Positions 30,211-40,531 are shown, counted from the first letter of the stretch. The stretch: DNA of 64,000 nt from Campylobacterales bacterium (GCA_038205935.1 JBBRBK010000005.1:1-64000); one strand, 5' to 3'. Notes: generated by a model from the letters alone, not told the origin. A program made the numbers and translations.

Positions 30211-31713
30211 TTAAGATATATCATTTTTTGATTTAAGCTTATCTATTTTATTTTTTATGCTTTTTTCAACCTCTAAGAATGCATCGACAACAACATTACT
30301 AAACATCTTCTCTTTTAAAGCAATAATCTCTGATACTGCTTGCTCGTGAGTTTTTCCTGCTTTATAGGAACGATCACCGGTAATACCAGCATAGAACTCA
30401 CCAAGCGCTACAATCTGTGCATTAAGCGGTATTTGTGATTCTTTTAAACCTAAAGGGTAGCCTTTGCCATCATATCTTTCATGATGAAATTTTATAATAT
30501 CTACAATTGGATAGATATGAGCAATTGGCTCGACTAGGATACTTCCTATCAAAGGATGTTCTTTTATAAGGTTCATCTCGGTTTCACCAAACTGATCTTT
30601 ATCTAACACAGCTAAAAGATCACCAATCATTCCTATGTCGTGTAAATATGCTCCCATAGAGATAGCATCTATATCATTTTGTGATAAGAAAAGTGATCCT
30701 GCGATATCAACAGAAACCACTTGAACAATCAGAGAGTGGTTTTTATAATATACGTTTTCTAATTCGATGGCTTCATTGGTAAAATTAAGAAGTTCTATAT
30801 AATTTTGGACGATCTCACTGTTTTTATCACTATTCATCATAAAGGCGCCAGCCATATCTAAAAATGAACCTACTTGTGTAACAGTATCTCCTTGTAAAGT
30901 TTTATCATCATAAAATTCCAATTTATACGGAGTATTTCTAATATAAAACACCTTTTGTAGAGTAGTTAGATTCTTTGGTTTATATTCAAAAACAGTTTCA
31001 TTCTCTTTTGTTAAAAGTTTTGCACCTTTTGCTTTTGTGATTTTTAAAACAAGTGCAACGAAAAATTTAAAAAACTGCTTTTTATCCATTTGTAATTTCA
31101 TTAAAGAGATAGAGGTATCACGGCTTACATTTGAAAGTCTGCCTTCACCTTTAGAATTAAAACTATTTGATATCTCATCATAATAACTCAGCATAATGTC
31201 AAAAAAACCTGTGTATTTTTTTAAATCAGGCCTAGAGTAGGAAAAAAAGAGGAGCATACTTTTTTCACTGCTGTTAATAAAATTACTTACCATATAATTG
31301 CCACTTTTTAAAAATGTTTTGATCTCTTTTTTACTAACTCGTAGTGGAACTGCAACACTCTTTTCTAAAACAGCATTCGATTCTACAAGAATATATGTTT
31401 CACCTCTGAGTTCATATAACCCGCAGAACTTCGCATCTACAAGATCAATACTTTTAAGTAAAAAAAGATCTACATCTTTAAGAGATTGCTTCGAACTCAA
31501 CTCGTGCAAATAATCATTAAAGCGATTAAAATCGGCCTGTAAGCGTAAGTTTTTCTTAAATAAAAACATGTAGACAAACAATAGCAACAAAGCAATGAGA
31601 AGAAAAAACCACCATGCTTGACCTAAAAAGGTGTTTAATTCAGCCAAATTTGACTTAATGATATCTGGTAATATAAAATTAAAATAGTATCTACTCTGTT
31701 CAAATGTTGTCAT
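30211..31713 (-). CDS. Membrane-anchored HD-GYP domain protein, partly degenerate
   Basis: One TM; NHS, HDIGM, EHP, HHERYDGKGYP, DRSYK. Start MTTFEQ after GAGGA. Confidence 0.85.
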   Translation of the reverse strand: MTTFEQSRYYFNFILPDIIKSNLAELNTFLGQAWWFFLLIALLLLFVYMFLFKKNLRLQADFNRFNDYLHELSSKQSLKDVDLFLLKSIDLVDAKFCGLYELRGETYILVESNAVLEKSVAVPLRVSKKEIKTFLKSGNYMVSNFINSSEKSMLLFFSYSRPDLKKYTGFFDIMLSYYDEISNSFNSKGEGRLSNVSRDTSISLMKLQMDKKQFFKFFVALVLKITKAKGAKLLTKENETVFEYKPKNLTTLQKVFYIRNTPYKLEFYDDKTLQGDTVTQVGSFLDMAGAFMMNSDKNSEIVQNYIELLNFTNEAIELENVYYKNHSLIVQVVSVDIAGSLFLSQNDIDAISMGAYLHDIGMIGDLLAVLDKDQFGETEMNLIKEHPLIGSILVEPIAHIYPIVDIIKFHHERYDGKGYPLGLKESQIPLNAQIVALGEFYAGITGDRSYKAGKTHEQAVSEIIALKEKMFSNVVVDAFLEVEKSIKNKIDKLKSKNDIS

Positions 31714-33883
31714 TTTTTTTCTTTTCCTCTTCTTGTAATTTATCAATATATTCTTGATTGTCTATTTCATAAATACTCACTGTACCCGTATTTTTGTACA
31801 ATTTAATGTTGTGATGATTCGCACTATATATTAGAACCCAAGTTTTAATATTCTTTTGCACATCACCTCTCCAGCGATAATACCATTCATTTAGACCCAT
31901 ATAATTCCCTGGAAAATTTTCTACAAAGACATAAACTTTATTCGTCGGTACTTCAAGATAATGTGCTGTTGGAGAATAGTCCATTAGAAAATTTTGAGTG
32001 TTTAGGTGATACCCTTTGTTTAAAACTTTAGCGTAAGCCTGAACGTATGCGACAGCGGTCCAGGTAAAAGGCCTATTTTCATCATTAATTTTCAAAATTG
32101 TTTCTGGGATCGAGGTATATTCTATTTCATTAAGGCTTGTCCAAAATCTGTCAGAATTAATCCATTTTGGAAGAACTAATAGTCCTATAGCAAATATTAC
32201 ATAGGCAAATAATATAATTGGATATTTTGTATGTTTCTTAAAGGTCCAAAAAATCGGTTTATAAAAAAAATAAAAAAAATAGAAAGAAGAAAGAAGAGTA
32301 ATCGATAAAAAAAGATACTCAGCCTGTCTGCTCTGTTTTGCTAAAAGAGGCAATCCTGCATTTGGTCCAAAATAGGAGATAAAAACAGCTGTCACAATTA
32401 ACAAAATCGATATATTCACAAATCTTTTTTTTGTGAACAAAGCCACAATAAAAGAAAATCCAACCATAATAAATAAAAAAATATGGACTTTCGTAATATG
32501 TACAATGGATACTGAATTAATACCAAGAGTAACAGTTTGTTTCATCTGATTTTTTGTCTGAAGCAGTTTATCTATAAAAGGTGCAGCAGCACCAAAATCT
32601 TGTGGTATTCCAAATTTTATGATCGAGAGCATCCATAGATTTCCTACAATCGTAGCAATTACAACAACTAATAAACCTTTTTTCAAAAGCTTCATATCAA
32701 TTTTTCTAAATAATAAAGCATTGATCGCAATAAGTACACTCATAATAGCCAAAAAGATTGCTCCACCACCATGGAAAGTAAAAACAAGCATCAATGTTAA
32801 ACCGTACATGTAAAGATAACGGTTTAGCTTTGTATCTAATGTTTTTATTAAAAAATATGCATTTAAGAGTACAAACACAGATGCTTCTTCATAAGCCAAT
32901 CCAGAAACATACCTTAAATAAGGAATATCACCAATATTATTTCCCTGTGTTAATAGATCACTCATCTGAGGTGCATAAAATAACAGGTGATGAAAATCAA
33001 TAATTTGGGGATTAGAGATCTCAAATATTTTTCCTAAAATAATATTTGCAAGCGGACTCATCAAGACTAGTCCATGAACCATAACTGCAACTAAACCAAC
33101 ATACTTAGAATGTGTATAATCTCTTACAACATAGTATATAGAAAGATAAAGAGCCAAAAGAATTAAAATAGGAAAAAGGCTAAAGAGGATAATCTGATCA
33201 AGATTTGTAAAAAGATTCACAAAATAAATAATAATTGCTTGTCCATAAAAATCTGCACCAAAACTTTTATTGTCTGCGAAAAGTGTATTTTGCTGTAATA
33301 TACCAACCCATTCAATAAACTGAGCAGTATCTGGCATAGGATCACCGTAACTCAGCAAACCTCGAGCCATTAGCATAGCTATAATATAAAAAAATACCGA
33401 TACAAAAAGAGATGCCCGCAAAAAAGAATAAAATGTCATATCCTCTTGTTTATGAGTAAACCATTTTTTTGTATCACTAACTATTTTTTTACTTACCTCT
33501 TTTTTATTATCTAAGAGGTGTAAAAAGAAAACCATGGCACTTACTTTTATATATACAAATATATGAAAAATATCTTTTTTATAGTGCCATTTCAAAATAG
33601 CCAACTTAGTTAAAACGAGCATAAAAATAAAAAGAAGAAGACTAAAAGCTTTAATAAAAATCAAAAATGTAACAACAATTTCAATATAAGCTGTCATATA
33701 TACAAAATTAAAAACTACTTTTTGCATACCCTCACCTGTATATTCTTGAGGAAATAACTTTGTTGGTAAAAGATAAAACATACCATACGCTAAGATCAAT
33801 ATTTTAACAATATACCAAATATTTTTTATAAGTATTTGGTATATAACATCGAGATCTAAAAAATATATACTATGCGGTATCAT
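31700..33883 (-). CDS. Large polytopic membrane protein, putative GT-C glycosyltransferase
   Basis: Many TMs, an acidic loop GDPMPD after an internal TM and a soluble C-terminal domain; context with GT2/DUF2304. Fold assignment is inference. Confidence 0.45.
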   Translation of the reverse strand: MIPHSIYFLDLDVIYQILIKNIWYIVKILILAYGMFYLLPTKLFPQEYTGEGMQKVVFNFVYMTAYIEIVVTFLIFIKAFSLLLFIFMLVLTKLAILKWHYKKDIFHIFVYIKVSAMVFFLHLLDNKKEVSKKIVSDTKKWFTHKQEDMTFYSFLRASLFVSVFFYIIAMLMARGLLSYGDPMPDTAQFIEWVGILQQNTLFADNKSFGADFYGQAIIIYFVNLFTNLDQIILFSLFPILILLALYLSIYYVVRDYTHSKYVGLVAVMVHGLVLMSPLANIILGKIFEISNPQIIDFHHLLFYAPQMSDLLTQGNNIGDIPYLRYVSGLAYEEASVFVLLNAYFLIKTLDTKLNRYLYMYGLTLMLVFTFHGGGAIFLAIMSVLIAINALLFRKIDMKLLKKGLLVVVIATIVGNLWMLSIIKFGIPQDFGAAAPFIDKLLQTKNQMKQTVTLGINSVSIVHITKVHIFLFIMVGFSFIVALFTKKRFVNISILLIVTAVFISYFGPNAGLPLLAKQSRQAEYLFLSITLLSSFYFFYFFYKPIFWTFKKHTKYPIILFAYVIFAIGLLVLPKWINSDRFWTSLNEIEYTSIPETILKINDENRPFTWTAVAYVQAYAKVLNKGYHLNTQNFLMDYSPTAHYLEVPTNKVYVFVENFPGNYMGLNEWYYRWRGDVQKNIKTWVLIYSANHHNIKLYKNTGTVSIYEIDNQEYIDKLQEEEKKKNDNI

Positions 33884-33890
33884 CTATACT

Positions 33891-34952
33891 CTATTTTTTT
33901 ATACTAGTTGTTGTATTGTAGTCAGAAATCTGGCCACTATTCTTATTTTCAAGAGTTATCGGTACGACGACTACACCTGTCTCGTTTTTTGATTTAAAAG
34001 GAGTTTGAACCATTTTATCCGCTTTTAATTCCTTTTTTTTATCAACTTTTTTCATAAAATAATCTAACAATTTCCATCTCAATAATTCACCATCGTACAT
34101 TTTGTCTTCAAAGTCAAAAGATCGTAAAAACACGACTCCGCCCTTTCCATATTTAACAAAAGTCACCAAAGGTGTCCCATTCTCGGACTCGAGTAAGTGA
34201 TCTCCCTGAGGCATAAAATCTGCGTTAAGATAGTTATCTGTAGTTATTTGAAGAGTTTTTATATCTTGAAAAAATGGGATTTTACTTTTTGTTTTATACG
34301 TTATTTGCAACGGTTCAAAATTTATAAAATCTATAGCCTTGCTTTCAGACTTATATATGTTAACTGTTTTACCAAAGAATGAGAGCTGTGAACTTTTGGA
34401 ATCCATCATATTTTTCATCGCTTGAGAATCAATAATACCATCTTTTTTAAAAGTATCATATCTCGTAGAGTAGATACCTCCATCAATCCAAAGAACTCCT
34501 CCCTCGGATATCCATCCTTTAAGAATCTTTTGCTCTTCTAAAGAAAGATTATTGCTAAATCCAATATCTTCAAAAAGATCATTAGAAACCTTTTTAAACT
34601 GTTTTACCCACATTGGAAGCACATAAATAAAATTTTCTGCAGAGGGATTACTTTTTAATTTCCAAATATCAACATCTCTCAACGAAGCAAAATGGTATTC
34701 TGAATTAAGCTGATTATAGAACTCATTTGAAAACTTTCCTTTATACCCAACTACTCTTTGATTAGAAATAAATGGAAAATCATTTAAAAGCGCTCTACCC
34801 GTGATTGCGTCACCTTCCAATTTTTTAGGAGTGATATTATAAACTTCTACACGTTGTGCGGAAAGTAAACTTTTTTCAAGCTCTTCATCATTTTTCGAAG
34901 CACATCCTCCTAACAACAAAATAACCGATAGACTCAATATATAACTCTTCAT
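33891..34952 (-). CDS. Lipoprotein of unknown function (GATase1-like fold suspected)
   Basis: Lipobox LGGC; LKGWISEGGVLWIDGG and YGKGGVVF patterns. Confidence 0.5.
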   Translation of the reverse strand: MKSYILSLSVILLLGGCASKNDEELEKSLLSAQRVEVYNITPKKLEGDAITGRALLNDFPFISNQRVVGYKGKFSNEFYNQLNSEYHFASLRDVDIWKLKSNPSAENFIYVLPMWVKQFKKVSNDLFEDIGFSNNLSLEEQKILKGWISEGGVLWIDGGIYSTRYDTFKKDGIIDSQAMKNMMDSKSSQLSFFGKTVNIYKSESKAIDFINFEPLQITYKTKSKIPFFQDIKTLQITTDNYLNADFMPQGDHLLESENGTPLVTFVKYGKGGVVFLRSFDFEDKMYDGELLRWKLLDYFMKKVDKKKELKADKMVQTPFKSKNETGVVVVPITLENKNSGQISDYNTTTSIKK

Positions 34953-34962
34953 ATAATCTCCT

Positions 34963-36540
34963 TTAAAATGCAGAATAATAATAATATTCCATTTTTCTAA
35001 GCATCTTGACAGTATAGCTAAAGCTTATAATCCAAAATACTAAACTTCCAATCAATAATCCTAAAACAGCATACTCTAAGCCAAACATCCGACTTAAGAT
35101 CAGACCAACTAAGATATTTAATCCAACAGCAATAGCTATAGAAGTGATAGAAAAGTTTTGTCTCGAAAATGAAAAGATGAAGAGTACATTCATCAAACCA
35201 TTGACCATAAATACGTACGAGATAGCTGCTACCCAAAATACATATGGTGTATAACTATGAAAAAAAGTACCTAAATACCTGATATGCCAATAATGGTACA
35301 ACCAATAGGTTACATAATAAGTCAATAATATAATCACTATCGCAAATACAAGATAAACTATATTAAACTTTGTAAAAAAGTTTTTTATTTCACGATTGAA
35401 TTTCTTGTATTCTTTATATTTGTACTGTATTACCAAATCATTAATACGGTACATAAATTCATGGATACTAATCTCCGTAAATCCCATCATAAGGATCAAA
35501 ACTATCAAAGCCCAATCAAGTCCCAATTCATATGGAACATTAAACCATATAAAATATGGTTTAGCCGGAACATATGTACTCCAAGCTATAATCCTATCTG
35601 TCACAAGAAATACAAAATAGAAAAAACCATACATGTAAAAGGTGATCAATGAATAAAATAACATTGATGCACGTGGTATTTCTTCACCCTCGGAGATAGT
35701 ATTTTTCTTTTTTAAACGTCTTATTTTTCTTATTACCAATATAAATAAAAGAATATTAATAATAACTAAAGAGATGAATTGTGCTTCTGGAAGCTTTACT
35801 TTTATAATTGCATGGGCAATATAAGTTAAAATCATCGCCAAAAGAAAAAATCCTAAGATCTTTGTATACTCTTCAAACATATAATAAACGGAGATATTTA
35901 AAAATAAAAATGATAATAAAAGATAAAACACTATCAAAACATAAAAATAATAAAATGGAAAAATATGAAAAAAGAGTTGAATCAGCAACACGACTAAACC
36001 CACTCCAAGAATTATTAACAACCCTACTTTTTTCAAAGCCTCAGTCACATTTGCAGCTAAAATAAATTCATCCTGTTTAAGATAAAAAAGACCTTTTCTT
36101 CCGATTGCTTGTGCCGATGCACCAGTCACAATAAGCGCTAAGAATGTTCCAAGTGCAATAGCTGTTGCTGTTTCTTGATCCATATTTACGCCAGACCACA
36201 GAGCATATCCAATTGTTAGCGTAAAAAAAATCTGCACAAACATAGGCATTGCAAAAGCAAGACCACGGATATAATTTAGAAATACTCTTTTTCCAAAAGG
36301 TGGAATTTTCTCCCAATTCACAAGTGATTTTTGTGGATAGCTTTTACCTATAATATATTTTTGCATATATTCACCCATATCAAAAACACTTGTAAAGCCA
36401 TATTCCTTAACAGCATCAATATCCCGTATGCCATAAATTTCAAGTAATGCCGTCATCTCCCAAACGTCAAGAGGTTTACCTTTCTCTTTAGTTATTTCAT
36501 GATAGAGTTCCGCTAAATCGATGCTGCTGATTGCTGCCAT
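34963..36540 (-). CDS. PelG-like polysaccharide transporter
   Basis: About 12 TMs; directly downstream of the PelF-like GT; TDRIIAW, ends YYYYSAF. Confidence 0.6.
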   Translation of the reverse strand: MAAISSIDLAELYHEITKEKGKPLDVWEMTALLEIYGIRDIDAVKEYGFTSVFDMGEYMQKYIIGKSYPQKSLVNWEKIPPFGKRVFLNYIRGLAFAMPMFVQIFFTLTIGYALWSGVNMDQETATAIALGTFLALIVTGASAQAIGRKGLFYLKQDEFILAANVTEALKKVGLLIILGVGLVVLLIQLFFHIFPFYYFYVLIVFYLLLSFLFLNISVYYMFEEYTKILGFFLLAMILTYIAHAIIKVKLPEAQFISLVIINILLFILVIRKIRRLKKKNTISEGEEIPRASMLFYSLITFYMYGFFYFVFLVTDRIIAWSTYVPAKPYFIWFNVPYELGLDWALIVLILMMGFTEISIHEFMYRINDLVIQYKYKEYKKFNREIKNFFTKFNIVYLVFAIVIILLTYYVTYWLYHYWHIRYLGTFFHSYTPYVFWVAAISYVFMVNGLMNVLFIFSFSRQNFSITSIAIAVGLNILVGLILSRMFGLEYAVLGLLIGSLVFWIISFSYTVKMLRKMEYYYYSAF

Positions 36541-38027
36541 TGCTCCTCCTCTTCTACTAAATATTGGTCATAAAGTTCTCGATAAACTCTACTGTAATTA
36601 CGCACCATATCCTCAATCGTATATCCATTTAGAATAGACTCTCTTGCGTCCAGACCCATTTGTCTTGCGATATCAGGATTATTTAAAATATAAATAGTTT
36701 TTTTTGCGAATTCTTCATAATCTTTAGGTTTAATGACAAATCCAAAATCTTCCAGAACCTCTTTAGTTCCTCCAACATCTGATGAAATAACAACTTTTTC
36801 ACAAGCCATTGCTTCAATCACAACAAACGGAAAGGCTTCAGATATACTTGTAAGTAAGACAACATCGCCTTCATTGTAGGCTTCTTGAGGCTTATTGGTA
36901 CTTCCTGCAAAGAAAAAATTATTTTCTATTCCTAATTCTCGTACAAGATCCTCACAAAAATGGTAATATTTTTCATTCACAGCAGGTCCATAAAGTTTAA
37001 AAAGAACATTTGGAATCTCTTTTGCAACCAATTGCGCAGTTTTTATAAATGTTTCAATATCTTTAAGAGGATCAATCCGAGCAACCATTACTACGGTTGG
37101 ACGCTCATTTTTTGCCTCTCTTGGTATAAATTTATAAGTATTTGTATCGATACCGTTATAAATAACCTCTATTTTTTTTTCATCTACACCCCACTGCTTT
37201 TCCCATCGTGTATTATAAATACAAACAGGAGAAACAACATCAGCGAAATAATAATTGAGTTTTGATACCGTTGTAATCAAGCCCATCAAAAACTCTTTAG
37301 TACGATAAGGCATTTGATTTCGTGAAGCAGCTAAATACTGTTCTCTAATGTAAACCCCATGCTCCGTAAGTAAAAATTTACTTCCGAACTTTTTCTTGGC
37401 AATAATACAAGGCAGACCACAAAAAGCTGCTGCAGATGAGTGATATATCTGCGCCTTTGGAAGCTTTGGCAGTAGTGATATAAAAAATCGATAAAGATAA
37501 CGTAGGCCCTCTATCATATCAAATACGGTAGGTAAATCTTCCTCAATATCTTCATAATGTTTCATAATATAATTTTTATAGATTTCCCAAATCGTTTCTT
37601 CACGAAATGTTTCATAATAATCATACTCATGGAAATATTCATAAAACTGATAAAGAGCTTCCCCAAGTAATTCAAACTCCTCTTTTTTTCTATAAACATG
37701 ATCTAAAACAAGGATAACTATAGATTCCAACTCTGTAATCTTATTTGCTTCTCTCGTTTTTATTTTTGACATATAGATTTCTGAAGATGAAATTTCTCGA
37801 ATATATTCTATGGGTTCTTCAGTTCCCCACAAAGGAATATTAATCACGTCCACAACATTATCAGGAATATTGAATTTCAATTTGATATATGGATGCATTT
37901 GTATTGGAATGAGTACAAAATCAATATTTGTCAACTCATGAACAAGCGCATCTGCCCAAGTACTCACGCCACCTGTAGAGTAAGGATATGTCCCCTCACC
38001 CGTCCAAACGACCTTAATTCTGCTCAT
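36513..38027 (-). CDS. pelF: PelF-like GT4 glycosyltransferase (DUF3492 N-terminus)
   Basis: EGTYPYSTGGVSTW, LLTEHGVYIRE, ARIDPLKDIET, LTSISEAFPFVVIEAMA, SDVGG. Confidence 0.85.
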   Translation of the reverse strand: MSRIKVVWTGEGTYPYSTGGVSTWADALVHELTNIDFVLIPIQMHPYIKLKFNIPDNVVDVINIPLWGTEEPIEYIREISSSEIYMSKIKTREANKITELESIVILVLDHVYRKKEEFELLGEALYQFYEYFHEYDYYETFREETIWEIYKNYIMKHYEDIEEDLPTVFDMIEGLRYLYRFFISLLPKLPKAQIYHSSAAAFCGLPCIIAKKKFGSKFLLTEHGVYIREQYLAASRNQMPYRTKEFLMGLITTVSKLNYYFADVVSPVCIYNTRWEKQWGVDEKKIEVIYNGIDTNTYKFIPREAKNERPTVVMVARIDPLKDIETFIKTAQLVAKEIPNVLFKLYGPAVNEKYYHFCEDLVRELGIENNFFFAGSTNKPQEAYNEGDVVLLTSISEAFPFVVIEAMACEKVVISSDVGGTKEVLEDFGFVIKPKDYEEFAKKTIYILNNPDIARQMGLDARESILNGYTIEDMVRNYSRVYRELYDQYLVEEEEQWQQSAASI

Positions 38028-39687
38028 AAAACTCTCTTTTACCTGTCAATACACTTAAAATCAAACTTTCTTTAACATTATCGCTATCAATTCCTATTAA
38101 CTCATTTTGATATTCCATAACCCTGTTAAGAGCTTCTGAATAGTCTCTGTATTGAGCAAGACCCTTAAGATATCGTTCTTTTGCCACATCCAACTTTGTT
38201 TTTGCTAATTCTAAAAGATCTTTTACATATCCCTGCTGTTTGTGAATTCTCATGAGTTGTGTATATGCTTTTTGCGTCTGATTCAAAGTATCTCTTACTT
38301 TTAAAGAAAATTTATTTTGCTCCAATAAAGCATCATACGTACTTCGTTGCATGTTTAACCTAATATCATCTCTATTGTAGATTGGAATATTCACAGACAA
38401 GCCTAAATTCCAGATTCCAGTAAAGTTAGTATTTGCAAAATCAAATACTTTTGGTTGTTCATATCCATATCCTATAGAGGATGTAAAATCCACAGTCGGA
38501 TAAAATCGTCGTTTTTCACTGAGAACATCAGCATTCTTAATCTTTAGAAGATTTGATTCAATAGCAACATCACTACTATTTTCAATCGCTTCTTTTTGTA
38601 AATCATTGATAGAACTTAAATCAATATGTAACGCTGCAGGGAAAAGTTTGAAAGCTTTTTCGCTTTTTGAATGTATGCTTTGTCTTAACACGTATTCATT
38701 TTGAAGATATTCGTAACTTGTATCAGTTACCATTCTCTCTAAATTTACATAATCATTCTTTGCGTCAATAAGATCCAGAATTGTGCTTGTCCCACTTTTA
38801 TATTTGGCCTCTATAATATCTTTAAACTTTTTTTGCTCATCAAAAATCTTTTTATAAAGAGATAAATGCTCTTGAGAATTAAAAAGATCATAATAAACTG
38901 AAGTTCCTAAAATTGCTAATCTGTCTTTTGTATTGATCGCTGTTATATCTGCTAATCTTTTATTGAGTGTTATATACGTGTCGCTTAAAGAGTATGTTCC
39001 ATCATAAAGCCTCTTATTGGCGTTTAGATTTACTGCCGCTCCAGTTGAGGAAGTATTTGTGGTGTAATTGACATATTTTCCGGTACTTACCGTACCACTT
39101 ACATAAACGTCAAAATTATATGTATCTTGTTTTATTTCAGCAAGTAAATAATCGATCTTTTGTTGAAAAAATAGTTCTTTTGCTTCTTCTGTATTTTCAA
39201 ATAAAGCAGATAAGTAAGTATTGAGATATAAGTCTTCATATATATTTTGATTTGTTACTCTTGTAGAGTTTTCACTACGAAGCAGTACTTCCTGCACTTT
39301 TGATACCGGTTTTGAGTCTTGCACTTCTAGTTTTGAGCTGTTAATTTCATTATTCAGTGTAGTAGTATTTGAGTCAACTATAGGGCTCTTTATGGTATGC
39401 ATTAAAGAAGAGATAGAATCTTTCTTTTCAACTATAAAAGCGTCTGGGTAATATTTTATAACACTATCATAAGATTGTTTAACCTCTTCATATGAAGAAA
39501 AAGGACCAACTTTATACGTAAAATAATTCTTTTGTTTTTCAATATAAGCGCCCGAAAATCGTTGCAAAAATAATGTTTTTTCTACGTCAATAGGCTTTTT
39601 TGTAGATACTGCTATTATGCTATATTCTGTAGCACCTAAAGGAAATGTTACGGCGACTGCCAATACGAGATATTTTATATACTTCAT
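38014..39687 (-). CDS. TolC-family outer membrane protein with N-terminal SPOR-like domain
   Basis: Signal peptide; YKVGPFSS...YPDAFIV (SPOR-like); OEP repeats (KYKSGTSTILDL, RFYPTVDF, NIPIYN, ERYLKGL). Confidence 0.8.
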   Translation of the reverse strand: MKYIKYLVLAVAVTFPLGATEYSIIAVSTKKPIDVEKTLFLQRFSGAYIEKQKNYFTYKVGPFSSYEEVKQSYDSVIKYYPDAFIVEKKDSISSLMHTIKSPIVDSNTTTLNNEINSSKLEVQDSKPVSKVQEVLLRSENSTRVTNQNIYEDLYLNTYLSALFENTEEAKELFFQQKIDYLLAEIKQDTYNFDVYVSGTVSTGKYVNYTTNTSSTGAAVNLNANKRLYDGTYSLSDTYITLNKRLADITAINTKDRLAILGTSVYYDLFNSQEHLSLYKKIFDEQKKFKDIIEAKYKSGTSTILDLIDAKNDYVNLERMVTDTSYEYLQNEYVLRQSIHSKSEKAFKLFPAALHIDLSSINDLQKEAIENSSDVAIESNLLKIKNADVLSEKRRFYPTVDFTSSIGYGYEQPKVFDFANTNFTGIWNLGLSVNIPIYNRDDIRLNMQRSTYDALLEQNKFSLKVRDTLNQTQKAYTQLMRIHKQQGYVKDLLELAKTKLDVAKERYLKGLAQYRDYSEALNRVMEYQNELIGIDSDNVKESLILSVLTGKREFYEQN

Positions 39688-39721
39688 CTATTTTCTCTTT
39701 AAATTTAAATTTCAATAATTA

Positions 39722-40531
39722 CTACTCATTATCGAGCATATCATCAATGCAATCTTCGAGTATTTCGTGATCATACCCTGCATCGCTGGCAGTTTTGAGT
39801 CCTATATTTATAGAAATTTCACCTAAAGGATCATTAATTGGAATAATTGTTTTTACAATGTGTAATGCCGTAGCATATTCTTTAATATCATTAGGAGCGC
39901 TTAAGGGATCATCTGAATAGCGGATCATATCGACAAAATCCTCATCAAATCCCCAATGTTCAAAGATAGCTGCTGTAATAGCTGCCGTTGTCTCACCAAC
40001 GTAACTTTTTTCAACCATTGGAATATTATGAGTCATCTCTATCTCAGAGCGAAAAGTCACCGTCTCATCTTGTTGGATAATATGGCTAGCGATCAAGATT
40101 TTTCCTGTTTCTTGAAGCAATGCCGCCAAGAAGAGTTTATCGGATTTTTCTTTATCAATCTTTTTATACCAAGAATGCATAAGGGTAGCCTGTTTTGATG
40201 CCATCTCTGCAAACTTCTCAGAGGAAGCCGCATAAGGTTCCATATCAACATTTAAAAGCTTACGTACGGAGTTACCAAGGACGATAGAGCGCGTCATGCT
40301 CATACCAAAAAGTGTAACAGCCTGAGCAACGTTATTTATTTCTGCTTGAAAACTGTATAAAGGAGAATTTGCAGCTTTTAAAAGATTGGCAATGATCATC
40401 GGATCATCTTCTATCACTTTTACCAAGTCCGCTATAGAACTCTCAGGATTCGCATAAATCTTCTGAGTTTCCGTGATAGTTTTGGACAAAGGCGGAAGCG
40501 ACTTTATACTCTCAAGGATTGCATGATTCAT
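39722..40531 (-). CDS. HDOD domain protein
   Basis: SLPPL, EDDP...LLKAANSPLY, AALLQETGKI, EHWGF. Confidence 0.85.
   Translation of the reverse strand: MNHAILESIKSLPPLSKTITETQKIYANPESSIADLVKVIEDDPMIIANLLKAANSPLYSFQAEINNVAQAVTLFGMSMTRSIVLGNSVRKLLNVDMEPYAASSEKFAEMASKQATLMHSWYKKIDKEKSDKLFLAALLQETGKILIASHIIQQDETVTFRSEIEMTHNIPMVEKSYVGETTAAITAAIFEHWGFDEDFVDMIRYSDDPLSAPNDIKEYATALHIVKTIIPINDPLGEISINIGLKTASDAGYDHEILEDCIDDMLDNE

Noticed and set aside
32255..32312. A8/T8 homopolymer runs in the polysaccharide locus as phase-variation sites
   Set aside because: Such runs are common in this AT-rich DNA (Phe/Lys codons) and the ORFs are intact.
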